Source: a virus
DNA length: 64,000 nucleotides
IMG/VR virus record: IMGVR_UViG_3300005805_000050
Span: 1 to 64,000 of that record
Reading direction: 5' to 3' (one strand)
Below, in pieces: positions 45,329 to 56,802 of this stretch. The notes under the pieces were generated by a model, which made no database searches, was not told the origin of the DNA, and saw only the letters and a list, made by a program, of their open reading frames with translations. Every line of letters starts with the position of its first letter. The first letter of the stretch is position 1. The position numbers and the translations under genes are program-made.

Positions 45329-48300
45329 GTGGCAGAAAATACGCAAAACCCAGGAGCACCACAGCAGCCAACACCCCAACCGGCGCCTGCTCCGCCACCG
45401 CGAGTTGACCGCGCTGCAGAAAGAGCGTCTGATAGAGATACTCTTGCGTTTTTGAGTCGAAGATTGGGATTAGAACGAGATTTCCATGATGAGCTAAAAT
45501 ATAGTTTGAAGGATTTAGAGAAACAACTTCAAACGATAGATAAGCAAAACTCAAGGTTAGAGACGCAATATAGGAACACCATAAATATCAAAGATATAAA
45601 TGGTGAGATAAGAAAACTAGAACAGGATCAATATCTTGTTAGAGAGAAGAGAAAAGATATAGAGTATGAATTGGGTCCACTCCGTTTACAGAACGCTCAG
45701 TTCGAAATAAAGAGGGAGAAAGAGCTTCAAGACACAAAATTAAAAGCCGAAAGTCAATATAGACAGGCTGAGGGCAATCTAGCAACCTTCAAATCCCAGC
45801 AACTGGCAGTAATGACGGAACAGGAATTCCAGAATTTACAGAGCATTGCTGTAGAAAGACAGAAACTAAATCAAGAAATACAAGCAGCAGAACAAGACAG
45901 AATACAACAAATTGAAGCCGCAGAGAAACGAAGAATTACGTCCGTATCTCTATTAGAAAAAGAAATCTCAGACAGCAAAAGAAACCTAGAATCAAGTTTC
46001 GCAAAGGACAGGGAAGTCATGGAAAATGACTTCGCTACAAAAGCTCAAAGTATTCAAGCTAAAATCGGAGAGAAACAACAGGAGATTTCAAAAATAAGTG
46101 CTCAACAGACAATATCGGAAAACGATAAGATAAAGCTCGCGCAGCTGCAAAACGATTTAGCCGTACAGCAAGAGGAACAAAAAAATTTACAGGCTACCAA
46201 GGATTACGAGCTCGGATTCCTGGAAACCATGAGGACCTCCCAGTTAGATGACTTAAATAAAATTCATCAACAGAAAATAAACCAAATAAACGATGCTGCT
46301 ACCTTAGAGAAAGGGGCTGTTGAAAAAATGGCCAAAGAACGTACAGCATCCGCGGAAGTGGGTTTACAAAAAATAGGTCCAGAGACTGACACAGAGAAAG
46401 AGCTCGCGAACTTAATGAAGTCATCAGAACAGAAGAGGGCGCAGTATGATTTAAGCTCACAGGAGTTAGAAGCGCAACGTGAAAGCATGTCTGAAGACTC
46501 ATTGCAGCTTAGAATATTAGAACAGCAAGAGAAAGTACAAGAAAAACAAGCCAAACATCTAGAAAAGAAGTTAGAATTAGAACACAAAGTCAATCAAAAT
46601 TTGGGATTGACAGGCCACGCTATGCAAAAGATGGCAGATAAACTGGGAATGGGAGAGGGCGTATATAATGCCATGACTACAAAAGCCCGTGAATTGACTG
46701 AAAACGAAAAGAAAAGGTCAGATCTACAGTCGCAATTGAGTAAAGCACAAGCCGCAGGAGATAAACAAAAGGCCGCAGAATTGGGCAGTCAACTTTCAGC
46801 CATGGGCAAAGCTCCAAGTTTAATGGCAAAAAGATTCCAAGTGATGGGAGCGGGCGCAAAAGAGGTGGGATCCAATCTCAAAGACATGTGGAAAGATCCG
46901 CTTGGAAAGTTGATGATATTCAAAAGCCTCGGTAAAAACATCTACAGTATGGTCTTAGCTCCTGTTGGAAACGCAATAGGTGCTATATACCATGAAGCAG
47001 GAAAAATGGTGAAGGGCCTGTCTAAGCACTCTTCCAATGTTATGGGTGACATCGCGGGTCAAGTCAATGGAATCGTATCAAAGATACCTATCATAGGAGG
47101 TATGATGGCTGGTATAATCGATGGATTTGCCGCATTCATGGATTTGTTGATAGGGGTAGAGGATCACATAGTTAAACAGGGAAGATCGATAGGTCTTTCA
47201 GCAGAACAGGGAATGGCGCTGAACAAGCAATTCTCTGAGTTGTCTATGAAATCCGGAAGCTTGATGATGAATTCCGATCAATACCTAAAATCTTTAGTCG
47301 AAATAAACAAAGAACTGGGGGTTACAGTTCAATTATCAGCACAGGATTTAGAGACTCATCACAAACTAACTGAGCTCGCCGGACTTGATGTTGCTACGAG
47401 TACCAAACTAGTTACATTAGGAAAAATACAGGGTACAAACGCCGCGTCGGTCACAAAAAGCATATTGGGTCAAGTAGCTGCGTTGAAAAATGTTACAGGA
47501 ATTCAGATGAATTACCAACAGGTGTTGGCAGAAGTGACCAAATTGAACGGCGTTCTAGGTCTAGAATTCCAAAAACACCCAGACAAAATAACAGCTGCAG
47601 TCATACAGACTAAAGCATTAGGTTTAGAACTTTCTAAAGTGGAAGGAATGGCCTCCAGTTTCTTAGACTTCCAAAGCAGCATATCAAAAGAATTTGAAGC
47701 GCAGCTTCTCACAGGTAAGAATATAAATCTATCAAAGGTTCGTGAGTTGATGTTGAACAACGACATCGCAGGCGCTGCCGCAGAAATTGCAAAACAAGCC
47801 GGTTCCGCAGAAGATTTCTTGAAAATGAATAGATTGGCTCAGGATTCCTTTGCTGAGGCGATGGGAACTTCTAGGGACGAACTTGCTAACATGCTTAGGG
47901 ATCAAGAGCAGATGGCGGCATTTGCGGCTAAAGATAAAAAAGATCTTCAAGAGAAGGTCATGCTCATGAAACAACAGGGTAAAGAAGCAGAAGCCATAGC
48001 AAAACTAGGCAGCGAAGAAGCTTACAACTCCATAGTCAATACGAGTATGCAAGAGAAGCTAGTTTCTCTAATGGATAAAGTCAAACAGACTATGGTAGAT
48101 ATGCTCGTGAATAGTGGAGTAATAGAGAAAGTGCAAGGTCTGTTAAAGAAATTAGAGGATCCTAACACCATACGTGAGATAGTTTTCAAAGTTAGAGACG
48201 TGTTCACACAAGTAGCCCAAATGATGTTAGAAATAACTGGGGGCATAATGAAGGCGTTAAATTACTTCAATCTTATAGATACTAAAGTTGTAGCATCGTT

Positions 48301-48709
48301 CGAAAGAACTAAAGAGAGCATGTTGGCTGGTATGGCTACAATGGGATCAAGCATGATAGGCGCTCAAAGCATGGATGCAGGACAACTTGCAAGGTCACGT
48401 GGAATGAGCGAAGACCAGGTTGCAGCAGCTACTAATACTCCTAAAAAAGAAAAAGGCGGTCCTATACAACAAACAGGCGTATATACAGTCGGTGCTGGGG
48501 AGTACGTGTTAAGTAAAAATGTGGTGGATGCTATAAAGAGTGATAAGGTAGTTACTGAAACGCCAAACAGTCAAGCAGGTACTGCAAAGAATGTCACAAA
48601 TCACTTCACACTAATGCTGCCTGATATGAGAGTGTTAGCAAAGGGTTCTAATACGGTGAACCAAGCCGAGTCAAACATCGATTACAATCCAATAATGATG
48701 ACCGCATAA
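45329..48709 (+). CDS. Tape measure protein
   Basis: 1126-aa helical protein with a GTG start, coiled coils, central hydrophobic helices and an FEAQLLTGKNINL motif; follows the tube and chaperone genes. Confidence 0.85.
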   Translation: MAENTQNPGAPQQPTPQPAPAPPPRVDRAAERASDRDTLAFLSRRLGLERDFHDELKYSLKDLEKQLQTIDKQNSRLETQYRNTINIKDINGEIRKLEQDQYLVREKRKDIEYELGPLRLQNAQFEIKREKELQDTKLKAESQYRQAEGNLATFKSQQLAVMTEQEFQNLQSIAVERQKLNQEIQAAEQDRIQQIEAAEKRRITSVSLLEKEISDSKRNLESSFAKDREVMENDFATKAQSIQAKIGEKQQEISKISAQQTISENDKIKLAQLQNDLAVQQEEQKNLQATKDYELGFLETMRTSQLDDLNKIHQQKINQINDAATLEKGAVEKMAKERTASAEVGLQKIGPETDTEKELANLMKSSEQKRAQYDLSSQELEAQRESMSEDSLQLRILEQQEKVQEKQAKHLEKKLELEHKVNQNLGLTGHAMQKMADKLGMGEGVYNAMTTKARELTENEKKRSDLQSQLSKAQAAGDKQKAAELGSQLSAMGKAPSLMAKRFQVMGAGAKEVGSNLKDMWKDPLGKLMIFKSLGKNIYSMVLAPVGNAIGAIYHEAGKMVKGLSKHSSNVMGDIAGQVNGIVSKIPIIGGMMAGIIDGFAAFMDLLIGVEDHIVKQGRSIGLSAEQGMALNKQFSELSMKSGSLMMNSDQYLKSLVEINKELGVTVQLSAQDLETHHKLTELAGLDVATSTKLVTLGKIQGTNAASVTKSILGQVAALKNVTGIQMNYQQVLAEVTKLNGVLGLEFQKHPDKITAAVIQTKALGLELSKVEGMASSFLDFQSSISKEFEAQLLTGKNINLSKVRELMLNNDIAGAAAEIAKQAGSAEDFLKMNRLAQDSFAEAMGTSRDELANMLRDQEQMAAFAAKDKKDLQEKVMLMKQQGKEAEAIAKLGSEEAYNSIVNTSMQEKLVSLMDKVKQTMVDMLVNSGVIEKVQGLLKKLEDPNTIREIVFKVRDVFTQVAQMMLEITGGIMKALNYFNLIDTKVVASFERTKESMLAGMATMGSSMIGAQSMDAGQLARSRGMSEDQVAAATNTPKKEKGGPIQQTGVYTVGAGEYVLSKNVVDAIKSDKVVTETPNSQAGTAKNVTNHFTLMLPDMRVLAKGSNTVNQAESNIDYNPIMMTA

Positions 48710-48712
48710 TAT

Positions 48713-51064
48713 ATGTTAGCAGGATCAGAAAGTACTAGTTTATTCAGTAGGTGGGAAGAAGCTGCCCGCGGCACAAGTCCATTTAGATCGGGTTCGGTAG
48801 AATTTGATTTATCTACTTTTTTACAAGCGAAAGGATACAGAGCTAAACCACTAGCTGATTGGAAAACCGATCTTCGATATTTGAAATTTGGATTAGATCG
48901 TCCCGAAGGCGGATCTTCTCCTGAACCTTATGCAACATTCCCCACTCCCGGACCATATCCTAAGAAGATAGGTAGAATACCTGGCACGCTGAATGTAAAT
49001 ACGTTATTAGTTCCTTTAGATAGAGTGTTTGAAGAAAACTTTTTATCTGGGTACACATCAAACTTCAATTTACCTACAGCGATCATAAATCTATACAACG
49101 CTAACAAATCCCTAGATTATCCAATCAGAGGAGGAGGAACGTTTGATACAGGATTTCAAACTACTACGCTAGCGGGTCAAGTAGACAAGAGGAGAATACA
49201 ACAGTTTCTAAAGAACAATCCAAAAGGAGAAGCGTTCGTAAGAAAACAGAAATCGCTACAGTTCTCCAATCCCTTGATAGAAACAGGGGAAGGATTAGAG
49301 GTGCCTGAAGGCGCTTTTAGCTTCAACAATCTGATTTGGAACGGACAACCGGCCTACAAAAGAAACACGCGTGTCTACAATCCAGCAAACACCATTGCTC
49401 AAGTAGCAGGATCAGGCACCGGATTACATGCTGTTAGATCAGGATTTTCTCCCTTCGACGCATCAGATAATTACTACGCTAAGACAGTAGGAAAACAAAT
49501 GCTTCTCGATCCTAATACTTCCGTGAGCACGAATAGACTATTGATATTGCAACAACTAAAATTGACTAACAATGCTCCTATAGTCAATTTGATGAGAGTA
49601 AGCGGACTCGGATCAGACATTGCAAGTCAATTTCAGGGTTTGAACACTGCGTTGGCTTCGACTAGAACAGCGGCAGATTTAGGATTATCGATGAATTCGT
49701 TTCTGATACAGAGTTATCTTGGAGGACCTAACTCTGCTTACGGTATAGGATTTACAACCACGCGTAGAGTTGTTGATACGTCACCAAAAATAGATAACAC
49801 CCAATCAAATAACTCTACGTTTGAACGATTGACAAACAAGCTCGCTGAAGGGGTAAATAGGGTTAGAACAGGTATTGCTATGACCTACGAAGCAATATCT
49901 AAACAAAACATAAACGCAACGAACTCCCCTAATACGGAAATCAGATCTAGAAAAATACAAGATTTCATATTAGCAAATAGTGGAATAGACTTAAATAGCG
50001 CAAAAATACAAGACAGAGAAACTTTATATTACGGTCCAAAACAATTATTTGGTCTTGAAGATAGAATCTCTGCTAAGTCTGCTATACCATACGCCGCTGG
50101 TGAAAACCCCTGGCAACAAACTGACGACCGAGAAAGACTATCAGATCCAGATCTAATAAACTTTGGATTCGAATGTCTTAATAATAACATAGGAGAGCAA
50201 AATACATTCATACAGTTTAGAGCGTATCTTTCTAACGGATTTACTGATAATCACACGGCCAATTGGACCAGTTTTAAGTATGCCGGCCGTGGGGAAAGCT
50301 TCTATACGTATCAAGGCTTTGAAAGAGCAATCAGCTTTGGATTTAGATTGTTAGTAGAGAATAGCGCATATTTGAAGGAAGCTTATAGAAAGCTAAATTA
50401 TCTAGTGTCTCAAACGTATCCCGACTATTCACCGTACACCGGAATAATGAGAGGATCAGTAGTAAGATTGACCATGGGAGATTACTTCTATAGATTGCCA
50501 GGAGTCATAGAAAGCGTACAGATAACAGCTAGAAATGATGCTAGTTGGGATATTAACGAATACGGATATTCGGCCCAACTGCCGCAATTCTTAGAGGTAT
50601 CAGTTACTTTCAAACCTATAATGGATGAATTACCTCAAAAATCTGACATAATAAATCCTAACGCTATGATTATAGCTGGAGGAATAGAGAACGATATGCC
50701 GTATGGACAAGATGAATTGGGCGATGCTTCCGCAGAAATAGAAGAGGAGATATTTGTAGACATCTCAGAAGATAGCGGACCAGGATTCCCCGGTGTAGAA
50801 GATTTAGAAGATCGATTCGATCCAAAAAGAGCTAGACAAGAAAAGAGGTTTTATAACAAACAGCAAAGAGACTTTGCAAGAAACATAAGAGAGGGAAAAA
50901 GAGCCGCTAATAGAGATCAAAGAGTCGCAAACAGGCTTTCTCGCCGCGGAGAGAGATTTGATAGGAAAAATAGTAAAGCGTACGAACAAGAAAATGCCGC
51001 GCTAAGAAATGAAGGCCTAGATCCATTTATAATGGATCCTAAAGGCGGAGGAATGGGCCTATAA
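48713..51064 (+). CDS. Baseplate / tail-tube initiator protein (gp48/gp54-like)
   Basis: FIQFRAYL, FTDNHTANW...YAGRGESFYTYQGFERAISFGF, VVRLTMGDY; follows the tape measure. Confidence 0.6.
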   Translation: MLAGSESTSLFSRWEEAARGTSPFRSGSVEFDLSTFLQAKGYRAKPLADWKTDLRYLKFGLDRPEGGSSPEPYATFPTPGPYPKKIGRIPGTLNVNTLLVPLDRVFEENFLSGYTSNFNLPTAIINLYNANKSLDYPIRGGGTFDTGFQTTTLAGQVDKRRIQQFLKNNPKGEAFVRKQKSLQFSNPLIETGEGLEVPEGAFSFNNLIWNGQPAYKRNTRVYNPANTIAQVAGSGTGLHAVRSGFSPFDASDNYYAKTVGKQMLLDPNTSVSTNRLLILQQLKLTNNAPIVNLMRVSGLGSDIASQFQGLNTALASTRTAADLGLSMNSFLIQSYLGGPNSAYGIGFTTTRRVVDTSPKIDNTQSNNSTFERLTNKLAEGVNRVRTGIAMTYEAISKQNINATNSPNTEIRSRKIQDFILANSGIDLNSAKIQDRETLYYGPKQLFGLEDRISAKSAIPYAAGENPWQQTDDRERLSDPDLINFGFECLNNNIGEQNTFIQFRAYLSNGFTDNHTANWTSFKYAGRGESFYTYQGFERAISFGFRLLVENSAYLKEAYRKLNYLVSQTYPDYSPYTGIMRGSVVRLTMGDYFYRLPGVIESVQITARNDASWDINEYGYSAQLPQFLEVSVTFKPIMDELPQKSDIINPNAMIIAGGIENDMPYGQDELGDASAEIEEEIFVDISEDSGPGFPGVEDLEDRFDPKRARQEKRFYNKQQRDFARNIREGKRAANRDQRVANRLSRRGERFDRKNSKAYEQENAALRNEGLDPFIMDPKGGGMGL

Positions 51065-51076
51065 ACAAACACTTTT

Positions 51077-51400
51077 ATGCCGTATAGATACGATATAGTA
51101 GATAAGACTAAAGTAGAGAACACAAAGTCCGAAAATTTCGGAGAGAATTACTACATAACAAACACCTATCCTGAAATACCCATTCGGGCTGACGATAACT
51201 ACGTTATAACAACCATAGGTGATCGTTTAGATCTTATTGCCCACGATTTTTACGGAGACGTTGGATTGTGGTGGATAATAGCATCGGCCAACTCCCTGCC
51301 CGGAGATTCATTGTTCCCTCCCATAGGAACGCAATTGAGAATTCCTATCAACCCCATGGAAGCATACAATCAATATAAATCATTCAATAAAAACCGTTAA
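51077..51400 (+). CDS. LysM-like baseplate wedge protein (gp53/P2 gpX-like)
   Basis: GDRLDLIAHDFYGDVGLWWIIASAN...GTQLRIP. Confidence 0.85.
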   Translation: MPYRYDIVDKTKVENTKSENFGENYYITNTYPEIPIRADDNYVITTIGDRLDLIAHDFYGDVGLWWIIASANSLPGDSLFPPIGTQLRIPINPMEAYNQYKSFNKNR

Positions 51401-51402
51401 CG

Positions 51403-54400
51403 ATGTCTTGGACCGCCCTAAATAGTGTTATAGGCGTACCTATACGAGATTACGTAAAGAGACAGCTAAAGACCCGCGTAGAGACAACAATCAAGTCGAT
51501 TAGGGGCGAAGATACGGTAAAATATTTCGCAAATAAATCTAGTTGGGTAAGATTAGTTTCATCGGTAGATCTTATGAAAACTTACAACGTGCCAGGATTG
51601 AGAGGCTACGAAGGCTCGTATTTAGCTAAAGATTTCGTACTTCACGGTGGAACTAGTAAATACAATTTCGCTTACAGTATAGACAATAGCAACACAAACG
51701 ATGGCCCAAGACTGGAAGAGTCTTTCACTGGCTACAAACTGAGGTCTGGATTCTCTGAAACCTACGGAATGTTGGGCCCTGAAGAAGTAAAAAATTACGG
51801 ATACGTTCCAATGCCTGGTATAACAAGCGTACAGATAGCCCAACAAGGTAGACTGGGATCGCTAAAGCAGGCCACAGTGCAATTTAGAGTAAACAGCAAG
51901 CAACAACTTGATATCATAGACGCGTTATACTTTAGGCCCGGATTTTCTGCACTGTTGGAGTGGGGAAACACAATGTACTTCGACAACGAGGGAAACCTAA
52001 AATCTTCGGAAGATTACACAATCGATCCATTCGCATCTAACTACGACGTAGACACATTGAGATCCCAGATCGTAGAGAACAACATAATGTCCAATGGAAA
52101 TTACGACGCCCTAATAGGAGTCATAACGCAATATAATTTCAGTTTTCAAGCGAACTCTGGATACAATTGTACGCTAACGATCGTGGGATTGGGAATATTG
52201 GGAGAGAGCATTCGAATGAACAATGCGGCGGGAATGTACCCAGACATATTGGAATCGAACGCCAATATTTTAGCTGAACTTAAAAAGAGGCTAGAAAACA
52301 AAAAGAGGGCTGAATTGGTGGCAGCAGAATTAGAAAAGGTTGGAGATTTTGGTACTACAGTACAAGTTAAAAACTTGATCAATAACACCACAAAACTTAC
52401 AGGTGTTAATGAAGTGGTACGAAAAAACAACTCTTTTGTAGCTGAGTTATCTGATTACATTGTTAAATACAAAAATAATGAGTATTTAATTATTCAAAGA
52501 GTAGGTAGCGCTAATGCTAATAATGATCAAATTATATTGCCTATACCGGCTCTATCAACAGAAGAAGCCGTAGGACAGGAATTACAATCCGCTGTAATAT
52601 CTATTGACAATCTAACAGGAGTTAATCTGAGTGCCACCGGTAACTCCGTTGATAAAGTGGTAGAAGAAATTACAAGAAATGGTCCAGACAGTGTAAATCC
52701 CGGCCTTGCAACATCAGCTCAGTATAAACTTCAAAGAACCGCCGTGTCCGTCCCAGGACCGTTTACGAATAATACGCTTGATTACTTCATTACAAAAGGA
52801 TTGGGAGGAAACGGTTTTTATTACTATGGAAGTAGAGGATTGTACGCTTCGAATGTTACTGATTCGGAAATTAACAAAGATTATAACGGCGTCCCCGGGC
52901 CCGTAAACGCGTCAGCAGCTGTAGAATGCGATTTTTATAAATTTAGAGCGCAATTAAATTATCAAATAGAGGGCGATCCCACTTACTATATAAGAATAAC
53001 AAGCTCTCCCATTGAAAACGTTGATTCCAGCACAGGATATAGTCAACCTAATCAAATCATAAGATTTCCCAACCTCCAATCGAAAGAATTTTATGGACCA
53101 AAGCCAAATCCCACAATTATTCAAAATGTTGGATCAGATAACATCGAAAACACGTCTTATCCTGTAATATTAAAACAAAAACAAAATAAGTCTCCGTTGT
53201 ATGTCAGTCCTAAAGACGGCGTGGACGAATTCGAGATAGACGGGACAGCCTTAACAAATAAAATATTCAAAGAGGTGTTAACGGGGGGAGCCCAAGGAAC
53301 ACTACAAGTAATTCGTTCCGTGGGAAAAACAGCCAAAGACTCTAGACTCGTATTTAGGATTAAAGGCGTAAAAATACCTTTACAGGATTTATATAGCACG
53401 CATCAAAAAAGCAGAGGCCTAAGTACTGAATTCTCAGTATCTGAGAACGGAGGGGTGACCAATTATAAGTATTTTGTTGGTAAACCGTACATGTATGTAG
53501 ACATTGAATTCAACGATAGTGCTCTCATAACGAGAACGACGCCTCCAACAAATGAATTAGCTACAGATCTAGGAGTAAGTCAATTAACACTAGTGTCGAA
53601 TCTAGATGACGAAAAAAAGTTACAAGATGCCGCCACAAAAGAAGCCAAAGCCTCCGCCGAGAAGAAAGTACCGCCGGTAAACGTTAGCGAAATAACAAAG
53701 TCAGAGGCTTCCAGGTACAGCTCTCACATAGAGCTGATGTTGAGATCCATCCAGCTTTACTCCTACGCGTCCATAGTACAAACTTACAAAGACGCGGCGC
53801 AGGGTGTCATTAACAATATGATCTCCACGAAATTCTTATCGAAACAACATCAAAAGTTTTTGTATAGGCTGTTCTCTAACGGAGCTTTAGAGAGATTGAG
53901 AGGGAGCGTAGCTGACATAAACAAGGACGCTGAAGCGTACAAAAAAATGTTCGCTGCTCCGAAATTTGATAGCTACGATGATTTTAAGAAAGATCCAAGC
54001 AACAAATACTTGTTAGAATCCTATTTTGGTTTTTGTAAGGCACTCATGGCGAAACCTACAAAAAACCAATACGAAGAGTATGTGGCTGGAGAGTTGAAAG
54101 ACATAGAGATAGATTACGCGTCTCTTCTACAAAGCATAGTAATACCGTACAACCAAAGTCAAGGAATGTCTAGTGACTCTGCGGCTTTACCGTATCCGTG
54201 TTACATGCCTTTCGGATTTTTCATGTGCTTGATTAACCACGTCTGTTTGCTCTACGAAAACAAACAAAAAGAGAAAAACAAACCGCTTGTATACGTGGAC
54301 TTCAATCCACAGACAAACGTTTGTATGAAGCTTCCAAGCACCGTTTCTACGAATCCTTACATGTTCATGGTGCCTTTTGAGGGCACAAATGCAGATTATA

Positions 54401-55950
54401 GGAAGATATTCGACAGCAGCATATTGAACCAAGCCGGAACTTTTTTCAAACCTAAAGTAGATGAAAACGATAAAGAAGAAGCCGCGGTACCGTTGCATGA
54501 CTTTGAAAAGAAGAATAAGATATCTCAAAACCTCATAGCAGAAAAACTGGGTTTTATGGATAACGTGGGCCAAGGGGGAAATTATCGGGGAAAAATAATG
54601 AACGTTTTGGTCAACATTGATTATTTATTGCGTGTACTGAAGAGTAAGATATCCCAAAACGAAACTAATACGTTGGTGTTAAAGGGCACTTTAGAACAGA
54701 TAGTTTCTGACATGAACAAAACTCTAGGTAACGTTAATTTTTATAGAGTAGCATACAGCGATGAATCGAACTGCTTCTACATATCGGATGACCAAAGAGT
54801 GCCCACAAAAACGGTAAAAGGTACGGACGATACAGAAACTTTCTATACTTTTCCCATATACGGTAAGCACAGTCTATGTGAAAGTTTCGACATAAAGACT
54901 GAGATAAATAATCGTTTGGGCAATCTCATAGCCATTTCAGCGAACTCTACTATAGAAACTCAAGCCACTGCAGGTAAAGATGCGACAGCGTTTGGACAAG
55001 CGAGCGTAGGAATGTTCAAAGACAGGTACAAAAACGAAATACACTCCGTAAACGACATAAAAACAGAAAACAAAAATAAAGGAGACACCAAAGAAGAGAA
55101 GAAGAATATTCAAAACGCCACAATCAACGCTGCGATACAATTCAATGCGGCGATGGAAGCTTTTTACTCTGGTGATTTTGGAAAAAACAATAGCGCAATA
55201 GCAACGGAAGAAAAAGCAGAACAAGCCACAAACTACTTGATAGACGGTTTAGCGAAGGTCAAAGCAAATGACGAAGTAAGCAAATCCTCAGCTATGATAC
55301 CGATAAACATATCTTTCACCATGGATGGAATATCTGGCTTATCAATGGGTTCTGCGTTTCTTGTAGATGAACAGGTATTACCGTATTCTTACAATAGACC
55401 CATGGGAGACAGAAAGCCGGGTTTCATAGTGACAGGCACTGATCATGCTTTAGACGGCAACAGGTGGAAAACAACAGTTAAGGGTAGCATGATGTATTTA
55501 AGCGAAATTTATCCTGATACAAAAGCCGAGGTACAGGGCGAGAAGGCGGCGCAAAGCGAGGGACCTGGAAAAAAAGAGCCACCCTATCCAAACCGATTCG
55601 ACCTAGGAGTAAATCCCGAGGTGACAAAATTAGAAAAAGATCTTAAAGCCATTTATAAAGATAGAGTTAACACTGTTGGAATTTGGGGAGATTCTAGTCA
55701 CCAACAAAGACGGAGCGATCACAATGAAGGAAACGCTCTCGATACGAGTATAATATCTCCTACAGGGGTTGTTGATACTGCTTTAGGAAACGAAATCGCT
55801 CAAAAAATAATAAACGAAGCCGACAAACGCAGCGTAACGTACATCATATTTAACAAACGTGAATGGACACGCAAAAGGGGTTGGCACCCGTATACAGGAG
55901 ATAATCCTCATGTAACACACGTTCACACAAGCTTCAAGAGAAACACATAA
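51403..55950 (+). CDS. Large baseplate hub protein with C-terminal M15-like (LAS) peptidase domain
   Basis: N-terminal PMPGITSV...LYFRPGFSALLEWG and late PINISFTMDGISG hub motifs; C-terminal SDHNEGNALD...HVTHVHTSF. Confidence 0.7.
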   Translation: MSWTALNSVIGVPIRDYVKRQLKTRVETTIKSIRGEDTVKYFANKSSWVRLVSSVDLMKTYNVPGLRGYEGSYLAKDFVLHGGTSKYNFAYSIDNSNTNDGPRLEESFTGYKLRSGFSETYGMLGPEEVKNYGYVPMPGITSVQIAQQGRLGSLKQATVQFRVNSKQQLDIIDALYFRPGFSALLEWGNTMYFDNEGNLKSSEDYTIDPFASNYDVDTLRSQIVENNIMSNGNYDALIGVITQYNFSFQANSGYNCTLTIVGLGILGESIRMNNAAGMYPDILESNANILAELKKRLENKKRAELVAAELEKVGDFGTTVQVKNLINNTTKLTGVNEVVRKNNSFVAELSDYIVKYKNNEYLIIQRVGSANANNDQIILPIPALSTEEAVGQELQSAVISIDNLTGVNLSATGNSVDKVVEEITRNGPDSVNPGLATSAQYKLQRTAVSVPGPFTNNTLDYFITKGLGGNGFYYYGSRGLYASNVTDSEINKDYNGVPGPVNASAAVECDFYKFRAQLNYQIEGDPTYYIRITSSPIENVDSSTGYSQPNQIIRFPNLQSKEFYGPKPNPTIIQNVGSDNIENTSYPVILKQKQNKSPLYVSPKDGVDEFEIDGTALTNKIFKEVLTGGAQGTLQVIRSVGKTAKDSRLVFRIKGVKIPLQDLYSTHQKSRGLSTEFSVSENGGVTNYKYFVGKPYMYVDIEFNDSALITRTTPPTNELATDLGVSQLTLVSNLDDEKKLQDAATKEAKASAEKKVPPVNVSEITKSEASRYSSHIELMLRSIQLYSYASIVQTYKDAAQGVINNMISTKFLSKQHQKFLYRLFSNGALERLRGSVADINKDAEAYKKMFAAPKFDSYDDFKKDPSNKYLLESYFGFCKALMAKPTKNQYEEYVAGELKDIEIDYASLLQSIVIPYNQSQGMSSDSAALPYPCYMPFGFFMCLINHVCLLYENKQKEKNKPLVYVDFNPQTNVCMKLPSTVSTNPYMFMVPFEGTNADYRKIFDSSILNQAGTFFKPKVDENDKEEAAVPLHDFEKKNKISQNLIAEKLGFMDNVGQGGNYRGKIMNVLVNIDYLLRVLKSKISQNETNTLVLKGTLEQIVSDMNKTLGNVNFYRVAYSDESNCFYISDDQRVPTKTVKGTDDTETFYTFPIYGKHSLCESFDIKTEINNRLGNLIAISANSTIETQATAGKDATAFGQASVGMFKDRYKNEIHSVNDIKTENKNKGDTKEEKKNIQNATINAAIQFNAAMEAFYSGDFGKNNSAIATEEKAEQATNYLIDGLAKVKANDEVSKSSAMIPINISFTMDGISGLSMGSAFLVDEQVLPYSYNRPMGDRKPGFIVTGTDHALDGNRWKTTVKGSMMYLSEIYPDTKAEVQGEKAAQSEGPGKKEPPYPNRFDLGVNPEVTKLEKDLKAIYKDRVNTVGIWGDSSHQQRRSDHNEGNALDTSIISPTGVVDTALGNEIAQKIINEADKRSVTYIIFNKREWTRKRGWHPYTGDNPHVTHVHTSFKRNT

Positions 55951-55952
55951 AC

Positions 55953-56753
55953 ATGTTTAGATACTATCCTACATTCACAATAAAGCAGAACCTAATCACT
56001 CGACCCGGGGAATTTCTTGTTAACGGCGCCCCGTACAACGGATTGTATTACGAGACATTCGACGGACAGTATTACAGCGGAGCAAATCCCGCCGAAGGAC
56101 CTAACGAAAAACTCACTCGTCTCAATACGGGAGATGGATCACAAACATCCGCAGAGTACCTACAAATGCAAGATAGTACTAGCATGCAAAATGCGACTAG
56201 TTACACGCAAGGAGATAAACTATTGTACGAAGGATCTCCTTACACTGGCGCGTATTACGAAGACGCCAACGGCAAATACCGCACTATGGATGGAAAAGAA
56301 CTAGAACTAGCGAATCCAGCGGAAAAGGCCCAAAAAGAAGCAAACAAATTTAATACTCTCGCGAACATAGAAAAAAGAAATTCGCTTGGATTCACCGGCC
56401 AACCCACTTCTTATCAACCTAGACCCCTCGATGAAGATTTTTTGAAGGGATTTTTTACCCGATACTTCGTAAAAAAAATCAACGAACGAGGATACGTAGT
56501 AGAGATATCGGAGGAAGAATACGCTGCCATAAACAATGGCACTGTAAAATACGACGTGAGCTACTATCAAACAACAAAACTAGTCTGGAAACTTACGGGA
56601 CCGTTGGAAACCCAGAGACTTTCGCAGTACGATATCAGAGCAGGCATAATAGACACGAACAAGAGAAACGTTGAGAACTTGAACAAAACGTTTATTGGTA
56701 TTAAAACATTTATAGGAGACGAGTACGCTAAATTTGCTGTACCAAATAAATAG
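55953..56753 (+). CDS. Hypothetical baseplate-associated protein
   Basis: Internal repeat G.PY.G.YYE...G.Y; FTRYFVKKIN; coupled to the hub gene. Confidence 0.55.
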   Translation: MFRYYPTFTIKQNLITRPGEFLVNGAPYNGLYYETFDGQYYSGANPAEGPNEKLTRLNTGDGSQTSAEYLQMQDSTSMQNATSYTQGDKLLYEGSPYTGAYYEDANGKYRTMDGKELELANPAEKAQKEANKFNTLANIEKRNSLGFTGQPTSYQPRPLDEDFLKGFFTRYFVKKINERGYVVEISEEEYAAINNGTVKYDVSYYQTTKLVWKLTGPLETQRLSQYDIRAGIIDTNKRNVENLNKTFIGIKTFIGDEYAKFAVPNK

Positions 56754-56802
56754 AATGTCCTAGCTACGGGTATTTTCGTATATTGCGTAAAAGGTTTTGA
56801 CA

